From a virus (taxonomy: Duplodnaviria; Caudoviricetes): 51,834 nt of DNA. The number at the start of each line of letters is the position of its first letter. The stretch's first letter is position 1. The notes below the pieces were generated by a model. That model ran no database searches. It worked only from the letters and a program-made list of their open reading frames with translations, and had not been told where the DNA came from. The stretch is taken from the IMG/VR virus record IMGVR_UViG_3300028581_000002, positions 1 through 51,834 of that record, one strand, 5' to 3'. The position numbers were made by a program, and so were the translations under genes. Positions 16,686 to 26,815 of this stretch are shown in pieces.

Positions 16686-19370
16686 CTAAGTTAATGCTTT
16701 TGATAATCCAGCGGTTGAGATGCCTAAAGCTTCTGCGACTTCTGCTTGTGTGTAGCCTAAGTCAAGCATGGATCGTGCACGAGTGACACGAGCTTTAGCA
16801 ATAGATGTTGTAGTTCTAGGTGTAGCCAACTCTTTAACTCTATCAAGATTAGTGTTCTGTAGAATCTGAGTTAATCTTGATGGACTAACAGCACCTGCTT
16901 GAATAGCGGCCCATTCTTTATCTGAGATCTCAACTTGATTCTTATGCGCTCCTGTGCGTGTTCTTGCTTCTGCTAATGCTTGGTTACGTACCTTCTTAAG
17001 ATCATCGGCATCCATGTTAGGATTGGCTTGAAGCTTCCTATTAACAACAGATGTAGCAAGAATCTGTGCTTGTCTCTCAATTGGTTTGTTCATAAGCGCA
17101 ATGTTTAAGTGAGCTGTTAGAGTGGCAACTTCTGTCTCATAAGCCTTCTTTGCGGATGGGCTATATGGGGTTGGTATTGTGGATAATGCATTAGCTCTTG
17201 ATTTATTACCAAGACCCTTTAAATTATTAGCATAAGCGGCATATACCTCTTCTATGGGGCGGCCTGATGATAGTTCAAAGGCGTCAGATACTTCTGCCAT
17301 CTTTGTAGATTTATTCTTCTTCTCTATCAATGTGCCTTTTTTATTTACATACGACACCCCGGTAGGAGTATAAACTTTCTCACCAGTAATGCGGTCTATT
17401 GGTCCACCATCTTTAGCGCTTCTTGGTTTTCTGTCTAAGACTCTCTTCTCAGAAGATGCTTTAGATACTAGAGTAGATGCGCCACCACGTTTACCATTTT
17501 GATATCTTTCACTTAGAGCAGCTATCCCATGATCAATATATGATCGCCTATAATCAAGGTTATGCTTCTCTGAGTCTATTACAACCATTGAATGCCTAAC
17601 AGCCCTAGCGAGCTCGTCAATAGTGGCACCTTTAATGGTCATATCTGTAATTAGATTAGAGGCTTCTCCCATTTTGGTTTGCTTAGTTTTTGGTTTGATA
17701 GGTGGTATATTGGAACCTTCTGGAATACGGTATAATTCAATAGGATCAAAGTTTTCAAGACCTTTAAGTGATGCAGAAGTCTTTATATATCCTCTATTGT
17801 TTGGTATAACTATGACGGCATCTCCATCGAAGTCTGCTCCAGACATTTTTTGAGCAACCTTTGGATGAATACCAATGGCATCCGGAGCATTACCCATAAC
17901 ATCTTTTGCCGATTTGTTCTTATTGTTTACTATTAATTGGGGTATTTCAAAAGTTCCTCCATGAGGATGACGAATAAGAACTACGGCTTCTCCATCTTTA
18001 TATGTCGGTGCATAAACCTCATTCATTTTAAGCCCTGGAATAGGAAGAAGAACTTTAGATGCTTGTCTCGGTAAGGCTGCGGCTTTAAGATGAACTGCAG
18101 ATGAATCGCAATCATCAGAAAATGCAAGAAGAAGTTGTTTTTTAACAACAGGATTTGTGAGTGCCATGATTTCATCATATTCTTCTTGTTTGTGTTTCAA
18201 AGCCAAATCGAGTTGAGTTTTTGCTAATGGCACTGTTTGTTTTGAAAGTATTTGAGACGAGATCGTTTTAGACCAATGCTCCCAATCACCCTCTTCATTA
18301 ACAATATTAATAGAGCCTCTCTGTCCTCCTGGTTTTATAGTTGCGCCAAAAGGATTATCCGGATCAATTATTTTTTTACCAGTATCATCAGGAACTTCTT
18401 TCATTTTTTTCATAGCATCAAGCTTGTTACCCGTATCCGATTTATTAGTGTTAAATATAACATCAACACCTTTTGGCATGTTATCACTATAAATAGCCAT
18501 TCCTTTTAGGAAATGAGTACCATCAACACCAATACGAACTTGAGCATATTTAGCTCCACCAAGATCTAGATCTTCGACGCCTTTGCGAAGCTCCATAACC
18601 CCATCTTTATCGCTACCACCATCTTTGGCATAGCGAACCATGATTCTTTTTGAATCAACGCTCTGTATTGGTTTTAAACCTAAATCTGAATGATAAGATC
18701 TACCAAAGTCATCAGAAGAAGCAGTAATGCTCTTTATTTTATCAAAATCTCCAGGTTTAACTATATCTTTCCACTCTGTATCTGGTGTACCTAAAACTTT
18801 AACTATCGTAAACTGCCCAGGTATACCTATTTGCGGAACGTTTACCTTATGCACCTTATATCCTTGCTCTTGTAATTCGGCAACAGCAGTGTTTAACTTA
18901 GTAGGACTTACTCCAAGGTGATTGGCAACGCCAGCACCAATATCTATAAATCTTTTTTCATCAACACTTTCTTTCAGCATACTAGCTGTGGCTTTTGTAA
19001 TTGCCGCTCTCTCAGCAAGGATTGGGTCTATGAGACTTCTTACAGAGGATTCATTCCATGTTTTATTTGGAGAGCTCATGCGACGAGCAATTTCCATATT
19101 AGAATATCCCTTATCTTTATATCTCATAGCCACTGTTCTATTTTCTGCTCTACCATCATCTTTAGTTATAGAGTTTCTTGCTCTCAGTTGACTTGTCTTT
19201 ATTCCTTCAAATTTAGCAATTTCTGTAGCGCTTAATCCTTGATCACGGAGTGCTTGAATATGACCACGCCAACCTACAGCTCTTTGATATGGTTCCCCGC
19301 CACTTCCCCAAGGGTAACGCCCAGAACGGCGAGCCATTCCATAATGTTTTAATTCATCGCTCATGAACAT
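16686..19370 (-). CDS. Putative single-chain two-barrel RNA polymerase (YonO/RdRP-like) with HTH domains
   Basis: KDG, YAQVRI...LKG, IRHP, SGADFDGD, MGEASN and HSMVVIDSEKH motifs in the order of the RdRP/YonO family; HTH-like segments at both ends. Confidence 0.75.
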   Translation of the reverse strand: MFMSDELKHYGMARRSGRYPWGSGGEPYQRAVGWRGHIQALRDQGLSATEIAKFEGIKTSQLRARNSITKDDGRAENRTVAMRYKDKGYSNMEIARRMSSPNKTWNESSVRSLIDPILAERAAITKATASMLKESVDEKRFIDIGAGVANHLGVSPTKLNTAVAELQEQGYKVHKVNVPQIGIPGQFTIVKVLGTPDTEWKDIVKPGDFDKIKSITASSDDFGRSYHSDLGLKPIQSVDSKRIMVRYAKDGGSDKDGVMELRKGVEDLDLGGAKYAQVRIGVDGTHFLKGMAIYSDNMPKGVDVIFNTNKSDTGNKLDAMKKMKEVPDDTGKKIIDPDNPFGATIKPGGQRGSINIVNEEGDWEHWSKTISSQILSKQTVPLAKTQLDLALKHKQEEYDEIMALTNPVVKKQLLLAFSDDCDSSAVHLKAAALPRQASKVLLPIPGLKMNEVYAPTYKDGEAVVLIRHPHGGTFEIPQLIVNNKNKSAKDVMGNAPDAIGIHPKVAQKMSGADFDGDAVIVIPNNRGYIKTSASLKGLENFDPIELYRIPEGSNIPPIKPKTKQTKMGEASNLITDMTIKGATIDELARAVRHSMVVIDSEKHNLDYRRSYIDHGIAALSERYQNGKRGGASTLVSKASSEKRVLDRKPRSAKDGGPIDRITGEKVYTPTGVSYVNKKGTLIEKKNKSTKMAEVSDAFELSSGRPIEEVYAAYANNLKGLGNKSRANALSTIPTPYSPSAKKAYETEVATLTAHLNIALMNKPIERQAQILATSVVNRKLQANPNMDADDLKKVRNQALAEARTRTGAHKNQVEISDKEWAAIQAGAVSPSRLTQILQNTNLDRVKELATPRTTTSIAKARVTRARSMLDLGYTQAEVAEALGISTAGLSKALT

Positions 19371-19925
19371 TTACCCCCTTGTTTTTAATTGTTCAATCTT
19401 CTTATCAAAATCAATTATAGTATCCATAATGTTAAATATTTCTTCTGGTTCAGGAATATAAATAAAAGCCTCATCATACTGATATATACGAAGTTCTATA
19501 TCAATGTCAATAGGTTTAATTTTATACTCTAAACAGAATATAGCGGTATAAACTAAGAGTTGTTTGATGGACGCCTGGGTATCTCCATTTTTTAAATCAT
19601 GAATTCGAAGAATATTTTTTCTAAAAGATATGGCATCTGCTGTTCCAAAACAGTTATCCGAATAATATAAAATTTGCTCACATTTCATCTTATAACCTAT
19701 AGCATCATTTACATATAGGTTTAGAGTTTTATTTGTTTTTGGCAGTTTAACGCCAAGATTTATAAGTCTACAAGCAAGGTCATGGAGATCTGTGCCTCTT
19801 TGAATTGCTCTAAATTTGGAATAAGTTGAAAATAATTTTTCTTCATCATAATTAATCCAATGGTATTTGCTAGCGCTCAGAAAAGCATGATGCCCTTCTA
19901 GGCCTAAATGTGTGTTGAAGTTCAT
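19371..19925 (-). CDS. PD-(D/E)XK exonuclease
   Basis: RGTDLH, EQ.L, FGTADAI, IHDLK.G and QL..Y motifs. Confidence 0.75.
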   Translation of the reverse strand: MNFNTHLGLEGHHAFLSASKYHWINYDEEKLFSTYSKFRAIQRGTDLHDLACRLINLGVKLPKTNKTLNLYVNDAIGYKMKCEQILYYSDNCFGTADAISFRKNILRIHDLKNGDTQASIKQLLVYTAIFCLEYKIKPIDIDIELRIYQYDEAFIYIPEPEEIFNIMDTIIDFDKKIEQLKTRG

Positions 19926-20187
19926 ATAACACCGCCTCTTTATTTTCGGGACAAATCATAGAACTGAAAGACATATCATCAAGTTTTTCAATATAATATT
20001 CTTGATTTGGTCTATATGGCTCACGAAGACTTTTTTTACATTCTAAGACCGCCCACATATTTTTGTACAGTATTGTTAAATCAGGAAATCCCTGAATATA
20101 GTTTGCATCATTCTTAATAACATAACATCCAGGAAATATTTGTTTTAATTCTTGTATTAATTCCGACTGAAATGCGCTTTCTAACAT
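19870..20187 (-). CDS. VRR-NUC nuclease (resolvase-like)
   Basis: E..FQ, GFPDL, LECK and PNQ motifs; RBS before ATG 20187. Confidence 0.8.
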   Translation of the reverse strand: MLESAFQSELIQELKQIFPGCYVIKNDANYIQGFPDLTILYKNMWAVLECKKSLREPYRPNQEYYIEKLDDMSFSSMICPENKEAVLYELQHTFRPRRASCFSER

Positions 20188-20239
20188 GTGACGGCCTCCT
20201 TTTTCAAAAAATAGAAAAGGCATTTTCTACTCCTCTTCT

Positions 20240-20264
20240 ATTAGAGGCTATGTTTTTGACGCGA
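20240..20264 (-). promoter_or_regulatory. Phage promoter motif copy
   Basis: TCGC GTCAAAA ACA TAGCC TCTAAT, followed at once by the hairpin at 20210-20242. Confidence 0.7.
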
Positions 20265-20270
20265 GGCCGG

Positions 20271-21494
20271 TTAGGCAGCCATAAAACGATACTCATTAAA
20301 ATCTTTTTTATTATTAAACGCTTTCTGTATCGCCAAGTCGATGTATGATGTTGATCTAAGATAATAATAAAACAAATCAACAAACGGGGTATTTAATCTA
20401 TCAATACGACCAGCGGCTTGGGTTGTGGATTTATATGAGTAATTTTGAGAGAAGAATATTATAGCATTAGTTTCTATGCAGTTCCATCCCTCTGCTCCTG
20501 CGGTATACTGGACAATATATATCCATTGATCTGTGTCCGGTATAGGTTCATGTCTATGACCGTTCCATTGTTTTGTTGTGATTCCTAAATCTTCACCCAA
20601 CTTTAATAATAAATCCCTTTCATAATTAAAATTATAGAATATGATAACCTTTGGGTGTTTACTAACAAGTTCTGTTATTGCTTTGAGTCTGCTTGGATCA
20701 CTATTAACTACTTTTCTCATTGTGTAGCAAAGTTCACCAACATCTTTAATGGGCCTCTCTTCATAGATGTGCCATCTTTTGATTAGCACTTTCTCAAACA
20801 GTTCTCTATCAAATTCTACAGGAACATTCTTATCATGAGCAATGGTTCTTTTCTTATAACTCATATTAACAATAACTGCTTCTCGAAGTTTAATAAGTCT
20901 GCCCACATCCACATAATGATCGATCTTAGGATATTTAGAGAAGTTGTTATATACAACGTGGCGTCTAATAAATTCAGTTCTATTTTTATACCAGCCATTA
21001 GCTATGAATACAGGAATATAATCCATCCATGTGTCTCCTGGAGTGGCACTTAACAAAATCCATTCGTTGTTCTGTGTAGCTTTTATAAATGATTTAACCC
21101 ATGTTCCATTACCTACTACACGCTGCTCATCAAAAATAAAGAACGCATTTTTAACATTAGCATATTTACTTATGTTATTCCATGAATCAACAAAGACGCC
21201 AACGCCGCCAATACTAAGTTCCCTTTTTGTTGATAAAAGAAAGGGTATACATTCTTTCTCCCAATCTAAGGTGTCACGTTTTCTAGCTGTGGTTATGATA
21301 TATAAATCCTTCGGTCTTTTCATAGGCGAATATCCACCTACTTCATTGGTTTTTATTTTCCCTTCACAGACTTTGGTAAAATAGTAGGCGAGAGCAGTTC
21401 GAGATTTTCCAGAGCCGACTCCGCCTACTAGTATATTTCCATTATCTATTTTTTCAACAGCATCTCGCTGATGTTCATATAAATCGATTGCCAT
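20271..21494 (-). CDS. Superfamily 2 DNA helicase
   Basis: GVGSGKS, FDEQ, SATP and QAAGRIDR motifs. Confidence 0.9.
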   Translation of the reverse strand: MAIDLYEHQRDAVEKIDNGNILVGGVGSGKSRTALAYYFTKVCEGKIKTNEVGGYSPMKRPKDLYIITTARKRDTLDWEKECIPFLLSTKRELSIGGVGVFVDSWNNISKYANVKNAFFIFDEQRVVGNGTWVKSFIKATQNNEWILLSATPGDTWMDYIPVFIANGWYKNRTEFIRRHVVYNNFSKYPKIDHYVDVGRLIKLREAVIVNMSYKKRTIAHDKNVPVEFDRELFEKVLIKRWHIYEERPIKDVGELCYTMRKVVNSDPSRLKAITELVSKHPKVIIFYNFNYERDLLLKLGEDLGITTKQWNGHRHEPIPDTDQWIYIVQYTAGAEGWNCIETNAIIFFSQNYSYKSTTQAAGRIDRLNTPFVDLFYYYLRSTSYIDLAIQKAFNNKKDFNEYRFMAA

Positions 21495-21554
21495 GTATTT
21501 GAGTCACCTCCTTTAAAGAATGCCCGTTAGGTCGATAGCACATCCGCCATGAAA

Positions 21555-22082
21555 TTATTCGTCGTGTGACTTACAACTACCATCGCAAGCATCGCAGTTC
21601 AGACAACCGCCTATGGTCTCTACTGCACTATCTGGAATATCTCTATATTTGCGCTCAAACTCATCCTCTGCAATGACAACATACATTGACTTCACATAGG
21701 CCTTTACTCCGCTCTTTCCACTAACTTCCCAATTATACGGACGAAGTATAAGATCAACCTCTTCTATTTCAGCCCAATCCAAAAGGGATACAGACTCATC
21801 ATCAAGAATTGATTTGCCTCTGCTTGTCATGATTATTATTTTTGGAGGTACATTTTCAAAACTAACAGATACTTGCATATATGCTTGTGGATCATCTTGA
21901 TCGTCTTTTGGCTCTAACCATCTAACGTTCCATCCATCGTTTATCAGTTGTTCTGCTAACTCGCCTTCTAAGAACACGCAGAAATTACGTCTTCCTGCAG
22001 GGTTAAACTTACCCTCTTTTCCACTAAAATTACGAAACGCTATATGCGCATTTTCAATTGATATATTACTTTTTACTATCAT
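21555..22082 (-). CDS. Single-stranded DNA-binding protein
   Basis: FRNFSG...RNFCV...GVKAY; between polymerase and helicase; Cys-rich acidic tail. Confidence 0.6.
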   Translation of the reverse strand: MIVKSNISIENAHIAFRNFSGKEGKFNPAGRRNFCVFLEGELAEQLINDGWNVRWLEPKDDQDDPQAYMQVSVSFENVPPKIIIMTSRGKSILDDESVSLLDWAEIEEVDLILRPYNWEVSGKSGVKAYVKSMYVVIAEDEFERKYRDIPDSAVETIGGCLNCDACDGSCKSHDE

Positions 22083-22103
22083 TTGTATTTCTCCTCTCAA
22101 TTT

Positions 22104-25100
22104 TTAAAATGGTAGTGCATCATATCCAGCTTTACATTCCATTCCAGTCTCTGCGCTAATACTCCAATCGGGACACCCAAGACAATCGTTTCTTCCACAA
22201 GCCATCACCCATGGGGGAGTGTCATTAAATCCAATTGGTTCATCTTTTGAGTCATTCTTTATAGTATCCGATATAAACCACTCGAAGTCTCCATATTTAG
22301 AAATGTCTTCAACCGCGGCATCAACCATGTTATTATAATAGTCTAAATCTAATTCCTCTTTTTTCTCAAGTTCAATTATCATCTCTGCTTCCAACCATCT
22401 ATATCCTTTGCTACCCGTTGCTGCGTAGTACTTACCCTCTTTTTCTCTCATAAGAAGTCCGCCACCACAACCAGGTCTAACTGGACAGAATGCTCCAACC
22501 CTACCAATGAAATGATAGTCATGATTTTCCGAGGTTTCATTCATGTCAAGATATAAAGCTGAAGTTACCGATTTTACTTCTAACATATCCTCAAATTCAA
22601 TTGGTTCATGAGAGAATAGTGTTTTGAATACGTATGGTTGCGCGAACTGCGCCCCTGTAGCTGTCCATTCTCCAATATGTTTTCCATCTGGGGTCCATCC
22701 AACTTTTGCAATGTATACCGCATCGTTAACTAGACAGAATCGGCTATATGTCTCTTCATGTTCGAAATCATAACCATATTCCTTTCCAAAGTTCATGACA
22801 AATTGTATTATTTCAGGGGTTGCATCTGGAATTTTGATAGAGTCGGTCTTAATGTGAACAACATCAAACCCTTGGTTATTTACCGCCTCTTTCAAGTCGA
22901 CCATAAACAAAGCACCACGTTTAGCAACAACATTGTCTATATTTCTAGGATCCTTAAACGGATTTTCGAAACTAGCCGATGTTAATCCATATGCAGAGTT
23001 AAGCGCAGTCTTCAATCCATTAGATACATCTTTCAATGTAAATCTCGGATTATCACTAAGAGCATTTTCTATAAAAGGTATTAGACGTCCATTTAATAAA
23101 GTTTTCAATGTATCAAAGTCTTTACGTTTGATCGCTAGGCGACCAGCCTTTAGATCGCTGTAGTTCTTAGTATAGCGGCCAAACATTTGTTCTGCTTCAA
23201 TGGTTGTTGGATGCATAGACGCGACGTCAAGCACGGCAACATTAGAATACATACCGGGTTTGGCAAATACATATCCACCCTCGCCAGTCTTTACTCCACG
23301 ATATGTACTAACCCCATTTTCAAATTTATAACCAATAAATCGTTTACTTAAGTCTGGATAATTGAAACTAGATTGGGGCTTCTTATCATTACCAAACACT
23401 ATCTTGATAGAATGTTGATTGGTTGTATCATTTACGGATAGTCCACTCAACTCTGCTAAGATTTGTCTTGCGGCCCAGTCGCCTGCTAAATGATCAAATG
23501 TGGCTTCTGTCGCGTCAACATCGTTTCCGCAATAATCTGCAACTGTACCCCATAACGCTTCGGGTACATCTTCGTCCCATGGAAGACCTAATTCTTGATG
23601 ATGAATTCCAAGTTTTATCTCCCATTTTTTTAGGCCCATTTTATTTTGCACACAAGCAAAGTCGTATACGTCGGTGTAAGAAATATTGTATGCTTCACCA
23701 AACATACAGTTACGACTTCCTTTTATTATCTTTTGACTAAGCTCATATAACTGTTTGTTATCGTACCCTATATATCGGGCATACAGTATATGATTATCAT
23801 ACCTACGACAATTGAAACCTATTAACTTTAATTTAAAAAGCTCCTCAATCTCACTTGCCGATGGATTAATCATCTTAACTTTATTACCGCCTTTTTTTTT
23901 CCATACAACAACAAACAAATTTGGGAAAACCTCAACATCATAGAATATAAGGTCTTCATTTTTAACATCATCAACAGATGCACTGCTCTCGTCAGATGTA
24001 AATTGCATTTTACTTACCAACTTAATACAGTAATCTGCTTGATGAGAGGAATTGTTTGCGAATGCTAATACTCTAGGACGCATATCTTTAACATCATATG
24101 GCATCCCTGATATATAAGCTTCATCTAGTATTTTATAAATGAAGTCTATACTTGGTTTGGTGCCTGGGTGAATTTCTTTTCTAAGATTTCGAGAAATAAT
24201 ATCTCTTAATCCCTTCTCACTTTTAACAGCTTCGAAGTTGATCACGCTCTTATCTCCTTTCAAAGGCAAGCCACTACTTATTGTGGCTATTGGTGAATTG
24301 TTGCATTTGGATAGTCTCCTCCTCAAAGATGCTTGCCCAACAAATACTTTAATTTCAATACCTTCTGAATATACTCTACTAAGTTTGCGAGCATCGCCGT
24401 CATAATTATAATGAAGATGAATCCCCGCTCCACTTTTACTAAACTCGGCATATGTAGTTGGCCATTTACTTGCGGCTTCAAGATTTAACTGCATGGACTT
24501 TTCACCACTAATATCTTTTAAATCAAAATCAATGACTATATGATTTAATGGCGGTTTAACATAATGAGTTTCCCTAGTGTTGATATCGGACAGAGTTGTA
24601 GTAGTCTCATCCCATTTACCCTTAGGCGTTTCTTTTGCCGTAGCATACTGCGCAGGGCAATCGGTTAACTCCTCGTCAAGTATCGAATTTGGATCGTCAA
24701 GCACTAGTGAATATGGCGTTTCCTCTTTTGGTGTTTCTGATATAGCAAACTTCTCAGAAAGGAAACCCATATAATAACTACGGATCTGCTTACCATCGAC
24801 TCTTGTCATGTCAAGAAACTTCTCAAAATATGACTTAAGTTCTTCCCTAAATTTATGGCGAGGCATTTTAAACTCAATAAGAGCTTCGTCGCAATAAGCT
24901 TTATATATTTCATATGCTTGGGCTAGACTTACTCCATCTTGTTCTTTGAATATATGATAGTTTGCCTCAACAAAGTTAAAGAATACATCTGTTTGAAATA
25001 TCATCTCTAATGGGCGATAACCGGCATAATAATTTTTACCTTTTTCTTGATATACTTGAAGACAGTGCCAAGCAATAGAGCCCAATTCAAAATCTATCTG

Positions 25101-26036
25101 ACTAATTAAAGTGTGATATCTCTTTGTTGGTATCTTATTATTGCTTGGTCTGACATCTATAAGTCTTCTTATAATTCCGGATTTAGCATCAGTTATCTTA
25201 ACTGGTTTGTTTGTACCCATAAATAGAAACGCATTTGATCGTGCCATATATGCTGGTTTAAATTTTTCATGCATTGTCATTTCTTCATGAGATATTATTG
25301 AGTTTAGTTTTGTATTATCCTCTATTCTTGAAAGGTCTCCATCATGTTGAATTGCAACTAATGGGTTGCCTCTAAAAACTTCTGTGGAAAATACATTACT
25401 GGCGCTTGTTAAAGCCTTTGCCTCGAACGTTGTATAGTATCCTTGAAAGAGACTTTGGATAATGTTAAGAATGGTAGATTTGCCTGTACCAGCTTCTCCG
25501 TACAAGACAATAAATTTTTGAATGTTCTTTGCGTCTCCTGAGATGATAGCTCCGATAGCCCATTCGAGTTTTGTCCTTTCTTCTGGTTCATACAAGGTTC
25601 CGATGAGTTCGTCATACGCATCTATTTTTCCTTCCTTCAAAGAATATGGTAATCTGTGACTAACATAATCGCTTTTTTTTACTTCAGTATTTGCAAATGC
25701 AATATGATCGTCCAATTGATGTGAATTATCAGACATCTCTCTAATAAAAGCTCTATAGTTCTTCCACATATTTGAAGACATACTTATCATTCGTTTTATT
25801 TCTATAGGGCCTGAGAAAGCTTTCTGCCTTTCACTTTTGTATTCATTTAGTTCTTCATCAACTAATCGCTGAACATCATACTCGTCGGTTGACCACATTT
25901 GTTTGTTGTTATCCCATATCGCATAAAATGATCTCCCGCGAATCATCAAATCTTTAGATCGACAAGCTTTGAAGTCGGGATATATTTGAAGAGTTCCTTT
26001 TTTGCTCGTTTCTTCTGTGATGTGATAGAAATCCAC
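22104..26036 (-). CDS. Fused D5-like helicase, prim-pol and family B DNA polymerase
   Basis: GEAGTGKS; IDFD...SKSGAGIHLHY; exonuclease YDVE, GFN...YD, YCGND; polymerase DVASMHP, KTALNSAYG, KTDS. Confidence 0.9.
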   Translation of the reverse strand: MDFYHITEETSKKGTLQIYPDFKACRSKDLMIRGRSFYAIWDNNKQMWSTDEYDVQRLVDEELNEYKSERQKAFSGPIEIKRMISMSSNMWKNYRAFIREMSDNSHQLDDHIAFANTEVKKSDYVSHRLPYSLKEGKIDAYDELIGTLYEPEERTKLEWAIGAIISGDAKNIQKFIVLYGEAGTGKSTILNIIQSLFQGYYTTFEAKALTSASNVFSTEVFRGNPLVAIQHDGDLSRIEDNTKLNSIISHEEMTMHEKFKPAYMARSNAFLFMGTNKPVKITDAKSGIIRRLIDVRPSNNKIPTKRYHTLISQIDFELGSIAWHCLQVYQEKGKNYYAGYRPLEMIFQTDVFFNFVEANYHIFKEQDGVSLAQAYEIYKAYCDEALIEFKMPRHKFREELKSYFEKFLDMTRVDGKQIRSYYMGFLSEKFAISETPKEETPYSLVLDDPNSILDEELTDCPAQYATAKETPKGKWDETTTTLSDINTRETHYVKPPLNHIVIDFDLKDISGEKSMQLNLEAASKWPTTYAEFSKSGAGIHLHYNYDGDARKLSRVYSEGIEIKVFVGQASLRRRLSKCNNSPIATISSGLPLKGDKSVINFEAVKSEKGLRDIISRNLRKEIHPGTKPSIDFIYKILDEAYISGMPYDVKDMRPRVLAFANNSSHQADYCIKLVSKMQFTSDESSASVDDVKNEDLIFYDVEVFPNLFVVVWKKKGGNKVKMINPSASEIEELFKLKLIGFNCRRYDNHILYARYIGYDNKQLYELSQKIIKGSRNCMFGEAYNISYTDVYDFACVQNKMGLKKWEIKLGIHHQELGLPWDEDVPEALWGTVADYCGNDVDATEATFDHLAGDWAARQILAELSGLSVNDTTNQHSIKIVFGNDKKPQSSFNYPDLSKRFIGYKFENGVSTYRGVKTGEGGYVFAKPGMYSNVAVLDVASMHPTTIEAEQMFGRYTKNYSDLKAGRLAIKRKDFDTLKTLLNGRLIPFIENALSDNPRFTLKDVSNGLKTALNSAYGLTSASFENPFKDPRNIDNVVAKRGALFMVDLKEAVNNQGFDVVHIKTDSIKIPDATPEIIQFVMNFGKEYGYDFEHEETYSRFCLVNDAVYIAKVGWTPDGKHIGEWTATGAQFAQPYVFKTLFSHEPIEFEDMLEVKSVTSALYLDMNETSENHDYHFIGRVGAFCPVRPGCGGGLLMREKEGKYYAATGSKGYRWLEAEMIIELEKKEELDLDYYNNMVDAAVEDISKYGDFEWFISDTIKNDSKDEPIGFNDTPPWVMACGRNDCLGCPDWSISAETGMECKAGYDALPF

Positions 26037-26064
26037 GGGCGTCCTCCTTTCACGTACTTTTTGT

Positions 26065-26275
26065 CGGTTTGTTACATGTTACACTTTTTTTTACAGTAGA
26101 GCTCTATATATACTCTTTTTTCTCATACTAATATAAGAGAATAAATGTAACAATGTAACAAAATAGTCAAAATGGCCCAAAACACCCGTTTTTTTAGCGT
26201 TTTTTGGCATTTTTCTGTTACGTTTCCGTATTTAAAAGTGTAACAATGTTACGAAAAAGTGTAACAATGGGCCTT
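26065..26275. other. Probable replication origin with TGTAAC/GTTACA iterons
   Basis: AT-rich intergenic region with about eight TGTAAC units in both orientations, upstream of the helicase-primase-polymerase gene. Confidence 0.65.
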
Positions 26276-26293
26276 TTTTGATATAAATTCTGT

Positions 26294-26815
26294 CTAAATT
26301 GGGTAGTTTTCGAGCATATATTCACTCATTTGATACCACACTTCAACGCGTCTTTGGTCTTTTTTTGTTTTTTTTAGGGGAAATAATCCACCATTTCCGT
26401 CACTTTCGTACGTCCTTTCGAGCATTTGTGACACTTTTTCATCGATTTGTGACACTTCTGTCATATCTAGAAACTCATTATTGTCACACCAAGTGAGTTC
26501 CAAATTATCAATTAATATCCAAAACCACTCGCTAGGAGTCTTTTCCCAACGACTTTGTGCGGTCTCGAACTCGAGCCTAAACGATAAACCAATAAGCATT
26601 TCGAGAACAGTGCAGGGTCCATCTTCGCATGGAGAAAGGGCTTGTGGCCCCATCTCAGAAATGAAAGTTTCACGTAATTGCTGTCCATCAGCACCTCTAT
26701 TATCATCATTGGGTATTAGAGAATAAAACTCTATCCGATGTAATTTACCAAGCAACATATCGTACTTGTTTGTCTTCCCCGTAATATCACATAAGAAATC
26801 AAAATATTTACTCAT
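26294..26815 (-). CDS. Hypothetical phage protein
   Basis: DDNRGADG, VLEMLI and GGLFPL motifs; overlaps the upstream stop. Confidence 0.75.
   Translation of the reverse strand: MSKYFDFLCDITGKTNKYDMLLGKLHRIEFYSLIPNDDNRGADGQQLRETFISEMGPQALSPCEDGPCTVLEMLIGLSFRLEFETAQSRWEKTPSEWFWILIDNLELTWCDNNEFLDMTEVSQIDEKVSQMLERTYESDGNGGLFPLKKTKKDQRRVEVWYQMSEYMLENYPI

Noticed and set aside
19371-19925. Cas4 or a CRISPR-associated module
   Set aside because: Lacks the four-Cys Fe-S pattern; no array or other cas gene; ordinary phage PD-(D/E)XK nuclease
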